A DNA stretch of 24,096 nucleotides, from positions 1 through 24,096 of IMG/VR virus record IMGVR_UViG_3300029183_000434, one strand, 5' to 3'. This DNA comes from a virus. Taxonomy: Duplodnaviria > Caudoviricetes. Both the position numbers and the translations under genes were made by a program. The notes under the pieces are model-generated. The model saw only the letters and a program-made list of their open reading frames with translations. It made no database searches and was not told where the DNA came from. Below, in pieces: positions 24,080 through 24,096 of the stretch; the first letter of the stretch is position 1; the number at the start of each line of letters is the position of its first letter.

Positions 24080-24096
24080 GATCGTGACTGGGAAAC
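24080..24096 (-). other. Random-amplification primer sequence; artefact
   Basis: Reverse complement of bases 1-17. Confidence 0.93.

Overview
A 24 kb contig of a tailed dsDNA phage, probably infecting an alphaproteobacterium (it carries gcrA and a perfect parS), with a podovirus-like head module. Both ends carry the 17-nt random-amplification primer GTTTCCCAGTCACGATC, so the termini are library artefacts. From left to right: (i) a translationally coupled early/replication operon (GcrA, DUF4326, N4/N6 DNA methyltransferase, HTH protein, replication initiator with internal iterons, split Zn-finger plus TOPRIM/Twinkle-type primase-helicase, HNH, GGQ release-factor-domain protein, many small ORFs, putative late regulator); (ii) an accessory and membrane-protein region with counter-oriented cassettes; (iii) a packaging/head operon (TerS, TerL, portal, GroES-like co-chaperonin, scaffold, decoration, major capsid, adaptor). 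The most notable observations are a TerL with a second, apparently inactivated nuclease domain of a different terminase type; a perfect parS next to a promoter-driven 82-nt tRNA-like cloverleaf just upstream of terS; host cell-cycle signals (GcrA, DnaA boxes, parS); and a three-copy intergenic palindrome GGATTTWAATCC. All family assignments come from motif recognition by eye, not from database searches.
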